Below are positions 38,849-47,964 of a stretch of 64,000 bases of DNA, one piece after another. Origin of the DNA: an uncultured virus (IMG/VR IMGVR_UViG_3300009666_001319). Its lineage: Duplodnaviria; Heunggongvirae; Uroviricota; Caudoviricetes. The notes below the pieces were generated by a model, which was not told the DNA's origin, ran no database searches, and worked only from the letters and a program-made list of their open reading frames with translations. The DNA is taken from the IMG/VR virus record IMGVR_UViG_3300009666_001319; one strand, 5' to 3'. The translations under genes and the position numbers were made by a program. The first letter of the stretch is position 1, and each line of letters opens with the position of its first letter.

Positions 38849-40278
38849 TTCTTCGGATTACCTCCTCTTCTTGCCGCCTTGCGCTGTGCATGGCGCTCTG
38901 CGTGGTTTTTACTTTCAGACGCTTCCTCCTCTCCTTCCTCGGACTGTTCCTCCGGCTGTGTCTCGTCTGGCTTCCTTGTCTCCTGTGACTGCTGTTTCTC
39001 CTGCTCCGCCACCTGATTGGCTCCGTAGGCTGATCCTGCGTCCTTCAGCTTGGTATAGCTGCCGTTCAGGTAGTAATCGTCCCCGCCTTCCTCGGCAGGG
39101 ATCAGGTCCATGTTTTCAAGTCTGCGGATATCGTTGGGAGACAGGAAGCCGTTAGCAAAGCCCACCGCGTAGCCGTCCATGCGGCTCTTGTAGTCGCCGC
39201 GCATCAGGCCGTCCACGTTGAACTTTGGGAAGTAGTTGTCCTGCTCCTCTTCGATCAGAACATCCTTGATGATGGCCTGCTCGATCCGCACGAGCCAGGG
39301 CATGATGGTGTGCATCACGAAATCGATGCTCTGGTGCTCGATGTTGTTGAAGGTCGCTCTTTTGAGGTCCTGCACCATATGGGGAGGCACACGGAATATC
39401 CTGCAGATCTCCTCCACTCCAAACTCACGTGTACTGAGAAACTGCGAATCTTCCGGAGGAAGCGAGATCGGTTTGTAGGCCATGCCCTCTTCGAGCACTG
39501 CCACCTTGTGGGCGTTCCCGGCGCCGCCGTATGCGTTCATCCAGTTATCCCGGATCTTCTGCGGGTCTTTCAGCACGCCCGGATGTTCCAAGACGCCGGC
39601 CGGCTGCGCACCGTTCTTGAAGAAGGCGCTGCCGTATTTCTCCACAGCCAGCGTCGTGCCGAGCGCGTTCTTCATCATGGCGATAGGCGAGAAGCCTACC
39701 AGACCATTAAAGCCAAGGCCGGGAATATGAAGGATCTCGTCACGCTGGAAGATGATATCCTTGTTATGCTCACCGGGAACTTCATCCGTATAGGCATGGT
39801 AGGTATAGAACAGATCCCCGTTCTCCGCCCTGTCTATCTCCACGTTCTCCGGGAGCAGAGGATACAGCCCCAGGATGCCGTTCTTTCCGTCCCGCACGAT
39901 CTGTGCGTAGGCATTACCCCACAAAAGCAGGTGCATCATCATGGCTTCCCGGAAGGAGAAGCTGGTCATCTCCGGATTCGCCTGCCGGTAAAGGATCTTA
40001 TACAGGGGATGCTCTGTCGCACGCTCCTTCCCGGCTCCCGTGTCGGTAAACTTATAAAGGTGCAGCGGCAGGCTTGCCACTGTCTCCGCAAGCAGACGCA
40101 CACAGGCATAGACCGTGGAGATCTGCAAGGCAGATTTCTCGTTCACCAGCTCCCCGCTGTTTGTCATGCCGAAAACAAAAACACCGCCCGAATCCCGGAC
40201 GTTGTCTTCGATCTGTGGAAGCTCCGTATCAGGAGCGTCCCTCGGTTTTGTGAAGCCAAACCATTCTCTCCAGCTCAT
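38845..40278 (-). CDS. Portal protein (HK97 family)
   Basis: VYACVRLLAE, GNAYA, GFSPI, ICRIFRVPPH. Confidence 0.96.
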   Translation of the reverse strand: MSWREWFGFTKPRDAPDTELPQIEDNVRDSGGVFVFGMTNSGELVNEKSALQISTVYACVRLLAETVASLPLHLYKFTDTGAGKERATEHPLYKILYRQANPEMTSFSFREAMMMHLLLWGNAYAQIVRDGKNGILGLYPLLPENVEIDRAENGDLFYTYHAYTDEVPGEHNKDIIFQRDEILHIPGLGFNGLVGFSPIAMMKNALGTTLAVEKYGSAFFKNGAQPAGVLEHPGVLKDPQKIRDNWMNAYGGAGNAHKVAVLEEGMAYKPISLPPEDSQFLSTREFGVEEICRIFRVPPHMVQDLKRATFNNIEHQSIDFVMHTIMPWLVRIEQAIIKDVLIEEEQDNYFPKFNVDGLMRGDYKSRMDGYAVGFANGFLSPNDIRRLENMDLIPAEEGGDDYYLNGSYTKLKDAGSAYGANQVAEQEKQQSQETRKPDETQPEEQSEEGEEEASESKNHAERHAQRKAARRGGNPKK

Positions 40279-40419
40279 TTACTCCTCCTTCAGTTTTGCA
40301 AGCTCCCGGCTGCATGCCGCAAGGCATACCCGGAAGATGTTATCCCTGTCCTCTTTGTTCAGGATGTCGTTTTTTACAAGCTCCGTGATCCGCTCGATCA
40401 GGTCACGTTTCTCTGCCAT
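40279..40419 (-). CDS. Small hypothetical protein (46 aa)
   Basis: MAEKRDLIERITELVKND..LKEE; abuts the portal start. Confidence 0.55.
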   Translation of the reverse strand: MAEKRDLIERITELVKNDILNKEDRDNIFRVCLAACSRELAKLKEE

Positions 40420-40462
40420 CGTTAAATCCATATCCCCTATCACCCTTTTCAGCAAGTTTAAC

Positions 40463-40491
40463 TTGACACCGCATATGACACCATTTATACT
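40463..40491 (+). promoter_or_regulatory. Near-consensus sigma70 promoter of hicAB
   Basis: TTGACA-17bp-TATACT; TGACACC present twice. Confidence 0.75.
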
Positions 40492-40510
40492 GTTGGTGAG
40501 GAGGTGTCTA

Positions 40511-40765
40511 ATGTCTCAATTTGATAAATTGCTCCAGCGCATCCGGTCACTTGACAAGAACATGCGCTTTGACGAGCTTAAGAAAGTCCTTGAGCATTAC
40601 GGCTATACTATGAGCGGACCCGCCAGCGGCAGCAGCCACAAGACATTCCGCAAAGCCGGATGCTATCCCATAACCATCCCTCAGCACGAACCAATCAAAA
40701 AGACTTATGTCGAGATGGTTCGTGACGTCGTAGAAAGTGAGGAAAATTATGAAGAAGACAATTGA
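40511..40765 (+). CDS. hicA: HicA-family toxin
   Basis: FDELKKVLEHYG..GSSHKTF..ITIP..PIKKTYV; GGAGG RBS. Confidence 0.85.
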   Translation: MSQFDKLLQRIRSLDKNMRFDELKKVLEHYGYTMSGPASGSSHKTFRKAGCYPITIPQHEPIKKTYVEMVRDVVESEENYEEDN

Positions 40766-41135
40766 TTATTACCTGACCCTTCCTTATCGCATGGAACTCA
40801 TTCCTGATGCGGAAGAAGGCGGCTTCACTGTATGGTTTCCTGATCTTCCCGGATGCCTTACCTGTTCTGATACAGCAGAAGGTGCAATCGCAAGTGCTCA
40901 GGACGCAAAAGCAGTATGGATCAAAGCAGCTTTAGAGGATGGTCTAGAAATCCCGGTCCCTTCTGATGAGCCTGATCTCTCTGAATTCTCCGGACAGTTC
41001 AAACTCCGGATGCCGAAGAGCCTGCACCGCTCCCTTTCCGTTAACGCAAAGAAAGAGGGCATCAGCATGAATCAATACTGTATCTACCTTCTTTCCAAGA
41101 ATGATGCCGCTCATCAGGCGAGTTCACCTGTATAA
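40749..41135 (+). CDS. hicB: HicB-family antitoxin
   Basis: FPDLPGC, IPVP, FSGQFKLRMPKSLH..GISMNQY. Confidence 0.9.
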   Translation: MKKTIDYYLTLPYRMELIPDAEEGGFTVWFPDLPGCLTCSDTAEGAIASAQDAKAVWIKAALEDGLEIPVPSDEPDLSEFSGQFKLRMPKSLHRSLSVNAKKEGISMNQYCIYLLSKNDAAHQASSPV

Positions 41136-41177
41136 CCCTTATCCCGCCCGGCAATCCAGCTGAGCGGGATTTTTCAT

Positions 41178-42803
41178 TCAAAAGACCCACAGCCCGTGTT
41201 CGGGATCGTCGTACACGCTGCCCTGCTGTTCATGACGGATCGCACGGTCAAGCCCCATGATCCAGGCAACGATGCCGTCAATCTTCTCCGTGGATTTCTT
41301 CTTGCTGGGCTTGATGTTCTCTGCCGCATCGATCTCCGCCACCACATTTCCCGCCATCCATCGGAGGACGGGATTGCCGCCGTGGATGATCTTCCCCTCC
41401 AGGAGCAGCTTGTACAGTTCCTTCATGCCGGGAGACATATCCTTGAAGCCCATGCCGATAGGAACCATCGTGAAACCGTCCCCTTCCAGGTCTGTGATCA
41501 GCTGAGTAGCATTCCACCTATCGACTCCGATCTCCTTGATATTGAAAACAGTGTGCAGGTCGTTGATGGTCTTCCTGACAAAGTTGTAATCGACCACGTT
41601 GCCCTCGGTCACATGGAACAGCCCCATCTTCTCCCAGACATCATAGGGAACATGATCCCTGCGGACACGAAGGTCGAGCGTTTCTCTCGGAAGCCAGAAG
41701 TGCGGCACCACGATGTATTTCTCCGTTTCATTCCTCGGTGGGAAGACCATCACGAATGCCGTGATATCTGATGTGCTGGACAAATCCAGTCCGCAGTAGC
41801 ACTCGCGGCCTTTCAGCATATCGAGGTCAATCGGGATGTTCCCCTTGTCGTAGATGTGTTCCGGTATCCAGGCGACCGCGCTTCCGACCCACTGGTCAAG
41901 GCGGAGCTGGCGGAAGACGTTCTCCTCCGCGGGATTGGTCAGCGCCTCCCTGTGGGCATCGCGCACACGGTCGATCTGAATGGTGTATCCCAGTGAGGGA
42001 TTCGCCTTGTACCAAGCTTTCTCATCGTTCCAGTCCTCCCCGTCCTCCAATCCGTAAATGACCGGGTAGAAGGAAGGATCGATGCGTTTGCCGTCCAGGA
42101 TGTCTTTTGCCTTGGTATGGTACTCGTAGCAGATGCTGTTCCGATCCGTTCCCGCCGTTGTGATCAGGAAGTACAGCGGCTGTGTTCTGGCATCGCCGGA
42201 GCCCTTGGTCAGCACGTCCACAAGGCTGCGGTTGGGCTGGGCATGAAGCTCATCCAGCACAAGCCCGGAAACGTTCAGGCCGTGCTTGGTCCCGACCTCT
42301 GCCGAAAGCACCTGATAGAAGCCGACGTTGGAGTAATTCACCAGACGTTTTGTCGCCGCCATGATCTTGGAGCGTTTCAGAAGCGCCGGGGTCATCTCCA
42401 CCATGCGCTTTGCCACATCGAACACAATAGAAGCCTGCTGCCGATCCGCTGCTGCGCCGTAGACTTCCGCAGACGGCTCTCCGTCCGCGTAAAGGAGATA
42501 CAGCGCCACCGCAGCGGCAAGCTCACTCTTCCCGTTCTTCTTTGGGATCTCCACATAGGCTGTACGAAACTGCCTCGTGCCGTCCTCCTTCACGATACCG
42601 AATACATCCCGTATGATCTGTTCCTGCCAGGGAAGCAGCCAGAACGGTTTCCCGCTCCACCTCCCCTTGGTATGGCAGAGATTCTCAATGAACCGCACAG
42701 CACGGTCGGCTTTGTCGGCATCATAATGGGACTCTGGAAGCATGAACCGGGAAGGTTTGTAGTTCTTCAGTTTCGGATAATTCTTTGGTCTTTCCTTCGC
42801 CAT
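41178..42803 (-). CDS. Terminase large subunit
   Basis: PKKNGKS, LDELH, ITTAG, GLDLS, KIDG. Confidence 0.96.
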   Translation of the reverse strand: MAKERPKNYPKLKNYKPSRFMLPESHYDADKADRAVRFIENLCHTKGRWSGKPFWLLPWQEQIIRDVFGIVKEDGTRQFRTAYVEIPKKNGKSELAAAVALYLLYADGEPSAEVYGAAADRQQASIVFDVAKRMVEMTPALLKRSKIMAATKRLVNYSNVGFYQVLSAEVGTKHGLNVSGLVLDELHAQPNRSLVDVLTKGSGDARTQPLYFLITTAGTDRNSICYEYHTKAKDILDGKRIDPSFYPVIYGLEDGEDWNDEKAWYKANPSLGYTIQIDRVRDAHREALTNPAEENVFRQLRLDQWVGSAVAWIPEHIYDKGNIPIDLDMLKGRECYCGLDLSSTSDITAFVMVFPPRNETEKYIVVPHFWLPRETLDLRVRRDHVPYDVWEKMGLFHVTEGNVVDYNFVRKTINDLHTVFNIKEIGVDRWNATQLITDLEGDGFTMVPIGMGFKDMSPGMKELYKLLLEGKIIHGGNPVLRWMAGNVVAEIDAAENIKPSKKKSTEKIDGIVAWIMGLDRAIRHEQQGSVYDDPEHGLWVF

Positions 42804-43282
42804 CAGTTCCCTCCCAGCAGGTCTTCCATGTCATCCACCGCAGCGTTCTTAAGCTCCGCCCCGGCTGTGATCCGGCTCCTTGCGGAAGGCGTCAGACCGA
42901 ACTGCTCCGCGATCTTGTTCATGATCTTAAGGTAGGTCTGGGCAATGGAAACCTGCGGAACCTGCTGCCAATAGCCGGACGGCGTCTTGGTGATCGTTCC
43001 GTGCTGCGTCATAAACTCCTCCGCCTCTTTCCATCTGGCATACGCCTGACAGTAGGAAGCGAAAGCAGCCTGGTCGACCTCGGTCAGCACACCGATCTGC
43101 TCAAGCTGCTTTGATAGCCTGCGCCACTCCTTCTTTGCCTCCGGCTCCAGCCACTTCGGACACGGAGGCGCTTTCCTTTCCGGTTTTGGCTCCTGCTCAT
43201 TGAGCGGACGCTTGCCCGGATTGCCTTCCAGTTCCTTGATCGCTGTCGGTGTCGGCTTTCTTCCCCTCGTAGCCATTGGCAT
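42803..43282 (-). CDS. Terminase small subunit (P27 family)
   Basis: RGRKPTPT..GNPGKR..FGLTPSARSRI. Confidence 0.93.
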   Translation of the reverse strand: MPMATRGRKPTPTAIKELEGNPGKRPLNEQEPKPERKAPPCPKWLEPEAKKEWRRLSKQLEQIGVLTEVDQAAFASYCQAYARWKEAEEFMTQHGTITKTPSGYWQQVPQVSIAQTYLKIMNKIAEQFGLTPSARSRITAGAELKNAAVDDMEDLLGGN

Positions 43283-43509
43283 CCCTCCTTCCTCGAAAAT
43301 GGACATAAGAAAAAGAGCCTGCGGAAATGCTCCGTAGACTCCTATGTGTTTCTGTGTTATGGTGGTTTCATTCGTTAGGGGTCTTCACATGACCACCATG
43401 CGGTACTACCTTCGGGTCGCCGCACCCCTTGCGGTTCAGGGTGTTCCGATGCCGCCCATTGTATCCCCAGTGTGTGTTTTGTTGAAGCGGTTCCGGCTCC
43501 GCTTTTGCT

Positions 43510-43800
43510 TTACTTCTGCGCCAGCGCCCAGGCTATGGCATGTCCGTCGTCGGTGTGTTCCACCTCGCTGACCGCCCTCAGCCCAATCGCTCCCTCGCAG
43601 GAAAGGTCCTCGTCCAGGTGTTCGTAAACCGCCGCGTAGTAGCTCGGCTTGCCCATGCCGTTGTAGTAGTATCCGGCGAGCAGAACCTTGTCTCCAAAGT
43701 TCAGGATCTTGCCGTCCATGCCGGAGAATCGCATCTCCAGGTCTTCGCTGGTGGTCGGGTTCGGCAGCCTGTATTTCTTCATTCCTTCGTTGATCTTCAT
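43510..43800 (-). CDS. Hypothetical protein (cassette A)
   Basis: ATG directly after the conserved promoter/RBS repeat. Confidence 0.75.
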   Translation of the reverse strand: MKINEGMKKYRLPNPTTSEDLEMRFSGMDGKILNFGDKVLLAGYYYNGMGKPSYYAAVYEHLDEDLSCEGAIGLRAVSEVEHTDDGHAIAWALAQK

Positions 43801-43948
43801 GTTCGTGGTCTCCCTTCGCTTTTGTTGTGTGCATATTACCGTCAACCCCCTGAGAAGTCCACGCCTGTACGCGATAAATATGAGATATAAAACCACCAGA
43901 AAATGAGCCGGAAACCAGCCCATTCTCTGGTAGGTATGTCCGTCTGTA

Positions 43949-44158
43949 TTATGCGGAAATCATGGCCGTGATTTCAAAATCCCGGCTGAATTCCTCGGCG
44001 GATACGGTCTTGTCATCGCTGCCGTCATCCGCGCCGTACCAAAGCTCCACGCCATCGGCGCAGGTGTTGGCGACGCCTTCTTTGCCGGTTGCTTTCTCCC
44101 GGATTTCAATGGTGTGGCAGGATGCTTCCGCCATCACCAGCTTCGCGTATTCGGTCAT
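43949..44158 (-). CDS. Hypothetical protein
   Basis: AAAGGAG RBS; second gene of cassette B. Confidence 0.65.
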   Translation of the reverse strand: MTEYAKLVMAEASCHTIEIREKATGKEGVANTCADGVELWYGADDGSDDKTVSAEEFSRDFEITAMISA

Positions 44159-44172
44159 GCTGCCCGCTCCTT

Positions 44173-44448
44173 TCAAATCTCAATGCCACCGTAAAGGTTA
44201 GCTTCGCTTTTGTACCAGTCCTTGCCGTTGCTCAAGGTCTTCACAAACCGGAAGGTCTTCTCGGTGTTCAGGTTCTCCCAATGGCTTGTGGTCTTGCTTC
44301 CGAACTTGCTGGTGCTTTCGGTCAGCCGGACCCGGATGCTCTTCTTGTTGACCTTGATGATCTCGCCCTGCCACTCGGTGCTCTGGATCAGTATCCCAAT
44401 GCAGTTTCCTTTGTAAGCCCTTACCTTCATTCCGATTTCTGCCTTCAT
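44173..44448 (-). CDS. Hypothetical basic protein (cassette B)
   Basis: ATG after the repeat module. Confidence 0.72.
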   Translation of the reverse strand: MKAEIGMKVRAYKGNCIGILIQSTEWQGEIIKVNKKSIRVRLTESTSKFGSKTTSHWENLNTEKTFRFVKTLSNGKDWYKSEANLYGGIEI

Positions 44449-44645
44449 GTTCGTGTTCTCCCTTCGTTTTTGTTGTGTGCATATTACCGTCACACCCCTG
44501 AGAAGTCCACGCCTGCAGGCGATAATTGTGAGCAATATATCCACCAAAGAATCTGCCTGTGGTCTGGTACATATCGACACAGTACACAGAGGGAAAAGGC
44601 TGCTCTTAGCCGCAGCCTCCGTCAGCCTCTTCCCTCTGTATGCTG

Positions 44646-44849
44646 TTACATTTTCTCGATCCGGCAGGTCATCCCGTCCACATCCACGATCTGGTAATCG
44701 CGTCCCCGCCATCGGATCTCCCTGATCCTCACTCCCGTGTAGGCGTTGCTGCGCTGTCTGTCGGAAAGCACCTCGCCGTGCTTCTCCATCCAGTCTGCGA
44801 TATTGCCCATCAGCCTGGATTCCCGCTCCATCTTCTCCGCAATGTTCAT
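44646..44849 (-). CDS. Hypothetical protein
   Basis: GGAGG RBS. Confidence 0.7.
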   Translation of the reverse strand: MNIAEKMERESRLMGNIADWMEKHGEVLSDRQRSNAYTGVRIREIRWRGRDYQIVDVDGMTCRIEKM

Positions 44850-44862
44850 TCAGGCACCTCCC

Positions 44863-45330
44863 TCAGTTCAGCTTGAAGCGGATGCCCATGATCTGCTCCT
44901 CGGTCTCTTCGCCAAAGCGGCGGCTCTTTTTGGTGATGGTGCAAAGCCCCAGCATCGTGCAGCCCTCGGCGGCGTAGCCGTGCAGGTCCTCCATAAGGCC
45001 GGTGCTCTGGTTGGTGACCACCAGGGTCTCGATGCCCGCCTTGCGGAGGGTGTCGATGAAATCGTGCCGCTCCCTGTCCCAGGTGAAATCGTCCATGATG
45101 ACCTCGTCGGTCTCGCTGTATCTCCAGGCGCGGTAGGCTTTGCAGGCTCCCTGGCTGATCGGGTACTGGAAGTCGTTCTCTTCCTCGGCGTACCAGGCTT
45201 TCAACTCCTCGCTGTCCCAGCCCCTGGTGTCGATGATCTGCTGCTTCAGCTTCTTGTGTGCCTCGTGTCGCTGTTCAAAGTCGCGGGCAATGCGGTCAAG
45301 CTCTGCAAAGTAGGCGTTTTCTTTCTTCAT
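44863..45330 (-). CDS. Hypothetical protein (cassette C)
   Basis: ATG after the repeat module. Confidence 0.75.
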   Translation of the reverse strand: MKKENAYFAELDRIARDFEQRHEAHKKLKQQIIDTRGWDSEELKAWYAEEENDFQYPISQGACKAYRAWRYSETDEVIMDDFTWDRERHDFIDTLRKAGIETLVVTNQSTGLMEDLHGYAAEGCTMLGLCTITKKSRRFGEETEEQIMGIRFKLN

Positions 45331-45565
45331 GGTGGTGTTCTCCCTTCGTTTTTGTTGTGTGCATATTACCGTCAGTCCACGGATAAGTCCACGCCTGTGG
45401 GCGATAATTATGTGTAAAAGAATCGCCGTATTATCCACCCCGGATCTGGTGCATATACACAGCCCGTGAGAGGCGCAGGAAGCCGCTGTACCGCGCCGGT
45501 ATCACGAAGGGAGAATGACCAAAGAGAGGCCGCTAAGCCCCTCTGTGGCCGCCTGTCGCGCCGTG

Positions 45566-45838
45566 TCAGCGGGATGCGAGGCAGTCGCAAATGCTCCGTG
45601 TGCTCCCGCTGTCCACGTGGCCGTCCTTCCAGAAGGCGATCTGAAAGTCGCCGTCGACGCCGGGAAGCTCCAGCTCGTAGGTGACGGCGTTGTAGCCGCC
45701 CTCAATGCATTGCTCCACCGCCCTGCGGTAGAAATCCATGCTGACTGGCTCCGTGGTGCCGTCCGGCGCCTTGATGCGGGCGCCGTTGTTGTTAAGGCTC
45801 TTGATATGCCTTTCAGCTGGCAGGTTGATGTTCATCAT
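45566..45838 (-). CDS. Hypothetical protein
   Basis: GGAGG RBS. Confidence 0.65.
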   Translation of the reverse strand: MMNINLPAERHIKSLNNNGARIKAPDGTTEPVSMDFYRRAVEQCIEGGYNAVTYELELPGVDGDFQIAFWKDGHVDSGSTRSICDCLASR

Positions 45839-45851
45839 GGGGATGCCCTCC

Positions 45852-46076
45852 TTACTGAGCTTTTTTCATTCCGTCGGCTTTGCCGAGGAGGTAGGCTTTT
45901 TCGAGCATCGCCTGGATGGCGAGGATGCTGACCTCCGGGAAGTCCTCTGTGTCGTTGTTCCTTCCCTCAATGCCGCCTCTCTCCTCAAGGCTGTAGCTTG
46001 CTTCCAGCGCGATCCGCTCCAATGCCTTCAGTGTCTTCCTGCTGATGCCCTTTACCTTGCTGTCCTCGTACTTCAT
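45852..46076 (-). CDS. Hypothetical protein (cassette D, DUF6900-like)
   Basis: LEERG..NNDTEDFPEVSI..MLEKAYLLG. Confidence 0.7.
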   Translation of the reverse strand: MKYEDSKVKGISRKTLKALERIALEASYSLEERGGIEGRNNDTEDFPEVSILAIQAMLEKAYLLGKADGMKKAQ

Positions 46077-46200
46077 GGTGGTGTTCTCCCTTCGCTTTTG
46101 TTGTGTGCATATTACCGTCTGTGTACGGAATAGTCCACGCCATAAAGCCATATAAACAGGGAGAATACTGCCGGAAAATGAACCCCTGATCTTGTGTACA

Positions 46201-46683
46201 TTACCCGCGCCAGCGGCCGCCTCCGGACTGCGGACCGGTGATTGCCGTCCACTGCATCAGCGGCTTCTTCTGTGCCATGCCAGCCTGTTCGAGTGCCTCG
46301 GCAGTCCCGCACTGGTCGCATACCATGATGCCTGCCCATCGGCTGAGAGCATGCCGGTTCTTTGACCCCGGCATCACCTCTCCGCAGCGCGGGCAGCGGG
46401 AATCCGCATCCGGTTGGTGCTTTCCGTACCAGTCCAGGGTCACTTTGGCCTCAGCCTCGGTAGAAATCCTGTGGCAGCGGTCAGCGCCGTACACCACCGA
46501 CAGGCTACCGCCCTCATCCCACGCACACATCACCGAGCCGGTATCATCGACTCCGGTCACGGTTCCCTGGCTCCCGATCCGCGGCGCATGGACATCATCC
46601 ATCTCATCGAGTACCACACGGCACCCGGCCGGATAGGTCCTGCGGATATGTTCTACTGTCTCTCTGTTAGGAAAGTCCATCAT
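46201..46683 (-). CDS. DUF4314-like protein with C-terminal Zn finger
   Basis: YPAGCRVVL..MDD..GTV..VDD.G..WD.G.SL; CPRCG..CDQC. Confidence 0.8.
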   Translation of the reverse strand: MMDFPNRETVEHIRRTYPAGCRVVLDEMDDVHAPRIGSQGTVTGVDDTGSVMCAWDEGGSLSVVYGADRCHRISTEAEAKVTLDWYGKHQPDADSRCPRCGEVMPGSKNRHALSRWAGIMVCDQCGTAEALEQAGMAQKKPLMQWTAITGPQSGGGRWRG

Positions 46684-46699
46684 TTTTCACACGCTCCTC

Positions 46700-47125
46700 T
46701 CATTCATCATCGTTTTGACCGCCCTTGTTCCCGGCAAGGGCAGCCTTGCTTAAGCAATGGAGATACAGGTTGTAGTCGCCCTTCCTGGTGATCATCCGGA
46801 GCCAGTAGAAGCCATGCTCCAGTTCCAGGTAGACATTGAATTCCGTCGGGTCTGAGGTCGGCTCCGCATGGGAGCGGCAGTAAACGCCCATCGCTTCCCT
46901 CGACGGAAACACTTTCAGGAATTCATCGTACAGGGAATCGAACTCCCTGATCAGTTCCGGGGTCTCCAGCTCACGGTTGACCGGCCAGACGGTGTTCCAC
47001 CATTTATAGCCGTCGTAATCGCAGCGGAAATAACCCATCTCGCTCTTCGGGTATCCGTTCTCCCCCTTATCCTGCCAGGCTTCCGGGCAGGGGTTCTTAT
47101 TCGACAGCTTTTCTATCCACATCAT
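46700..47125 (-). CDS. Hypothetical protein
   Basis: GYFRCDY...WLRMITRKGDYNLY; coupled within the operon. Confidence 0.7.
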   Translation of the reverse strand: MMWIEKLSNKNPCPEAWQDKGENGYPKSEMGYFRCDYDGYKWWNTVWPVNRELETPELIREFDSLYDEFLKVFPSREAMGVYCRSHAEPTSDPTEFNVYLELEHGFYWLRMITRKGDYNLYLHCLSKAALAGNKGGQNDDE

Positions 47126-47516
47126 GCAGGAACTCCTCTCCCGGCTGTGTGCCGTCATCCTCACGGACCACCATCAGCCCGTCCGGTAATCTCAGAAAGG
47201 ACTCAGGCATCCAGAATTTCTCCGCAAACTTCAGCGCAAGGTCATCTGGGATGCTTGCGAAGTCATCGCAGGAAAGCCCGCAGATGAAAAACGGTCCGAC
47301 CAGCACATCGTAATCTTCCAGCGCCCGGTTTGCCTCATTGCCTTCCTTAAACTTCCCGTCATCGTCATAGACCAGGCCAACCAGGTCATCCCAGGGGTAG
47401 CTTGCGGCAATGTCGCCGTCGACAAGCATCTGCAGGTTCTCCAGCGTATGTTCGACCTCAACCAGCCGCGGATGCTTGTGAGGCTCGACCAGGAGGACTC
47501 GGATCATCTCACTCAT
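47097..47516 (-). CDS. DUF3846-like protein
   Basis: VLLVEP..P...LENLQMLVDG..NR..GPFFICG. Confidence 0.75.
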   Translation of the reverse strand: MSEMIRVLLVEPHKHPRLVEVEHTLENLQMLVDGDIAASYPWDDLVGLVYDDDGKFKEGNEANRALEDYDVLVGPFFICGLSCDDFASIPDDLALKFAEKFWMPESFLRLPDGLMVVREDDGTQPGEEFLHDVDRKAVE

Positions 47517-47964
47517 CTGCCGCACCCTCCTTCGCCTCTTTCAGAGCAAGCTCAAGCTGATACGGATTGAATCCGAACCGCTGATAGCCTTCTGCCAGTG
47601 TGTCCATGTAGCCCTTCCAAGGCTCCCTCAGAGGATGTCCGTCATTCATCAGGTAGACCATTGCCGTGATCTCCCGCGGATTCTTCCCGTCAAGATCGGT
47701 CATGGTCACGGTCATGTCCTCTTTCCGGTAGTAAACCGGATAACCTTCGTAGTGGTCGAGGTTCCGCTCATCCCTCCCGCTGATCTCCCAGAGCAGGACT
47801 GGAACGGTCCTGCCCTCGGCGGGTTCTATGGTCGCATGGACACGGAAGACCAGCTTCCAGTCCGTGATCGCCGCCATGCCCGCCACCTTCGCATCCGGGC
47901 AGCGGTGGGCCATCTGCTCTACGGACAGGTTTGACCCGTAGGCTATGTAATACTTCTTTGTCAT
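47509..47964 (-). CDS. Gamma-glutamylcyclotransferase (AIG2-like)
   Basis: YIAYGSNL..RCP..LDHYEGYP..Y. Confidence 0.88.
   Translation of the reverse strand: MTKKYYIAYGSNLSVEQMAHRCPDAKVAGMAAITDWKLVFRVHATIEPAEGRTVPVLLWEISGRDERNLDHYEGYPVYYRKEDMTVTMTDLDGKNPREITAMVYLMNDGHPLREPWKGYMDTLAEGYQRFGFNPYQLELALKEAKEGAADE

Larger units (their letters stand above)
43798..46141 (-). repeat. Four near-identical ~65-80 bp promoter-leader-RBS modules (43798-43878, 44446-44527, 45328-45408, 46074-46141)
   Basis: GGCGTGGACT-N-GACGGTAATATGCACACAACAAAA.CGAAGGGAGA.CAC...CATG in each copy. Confidence 0.9.

Noticed and set aside
40115..40510. N-terminal extension of HicA in the ORF track (216 aa)
   Set aside because: Overlaps the portal gene antisense; promoter and GGAGG RBS support the ATG at 40511
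43798..46141. Repeats considered as a CRISPR array or integron attC sites
   Set aside because: Spacing is 650-880 bp with genes in between; the repeats are promoter/RBS-like and non-palindromic; no cas or tyrosine integrase genes
43801..46151. Shared N-terminal peptide 'RRGLLRGLTVICTQQKRRE' in several ORF-track proteins
   Set aside because: It is the translation of the repeated promoter/leader DNA; true starts follow the GGGAGA RBS
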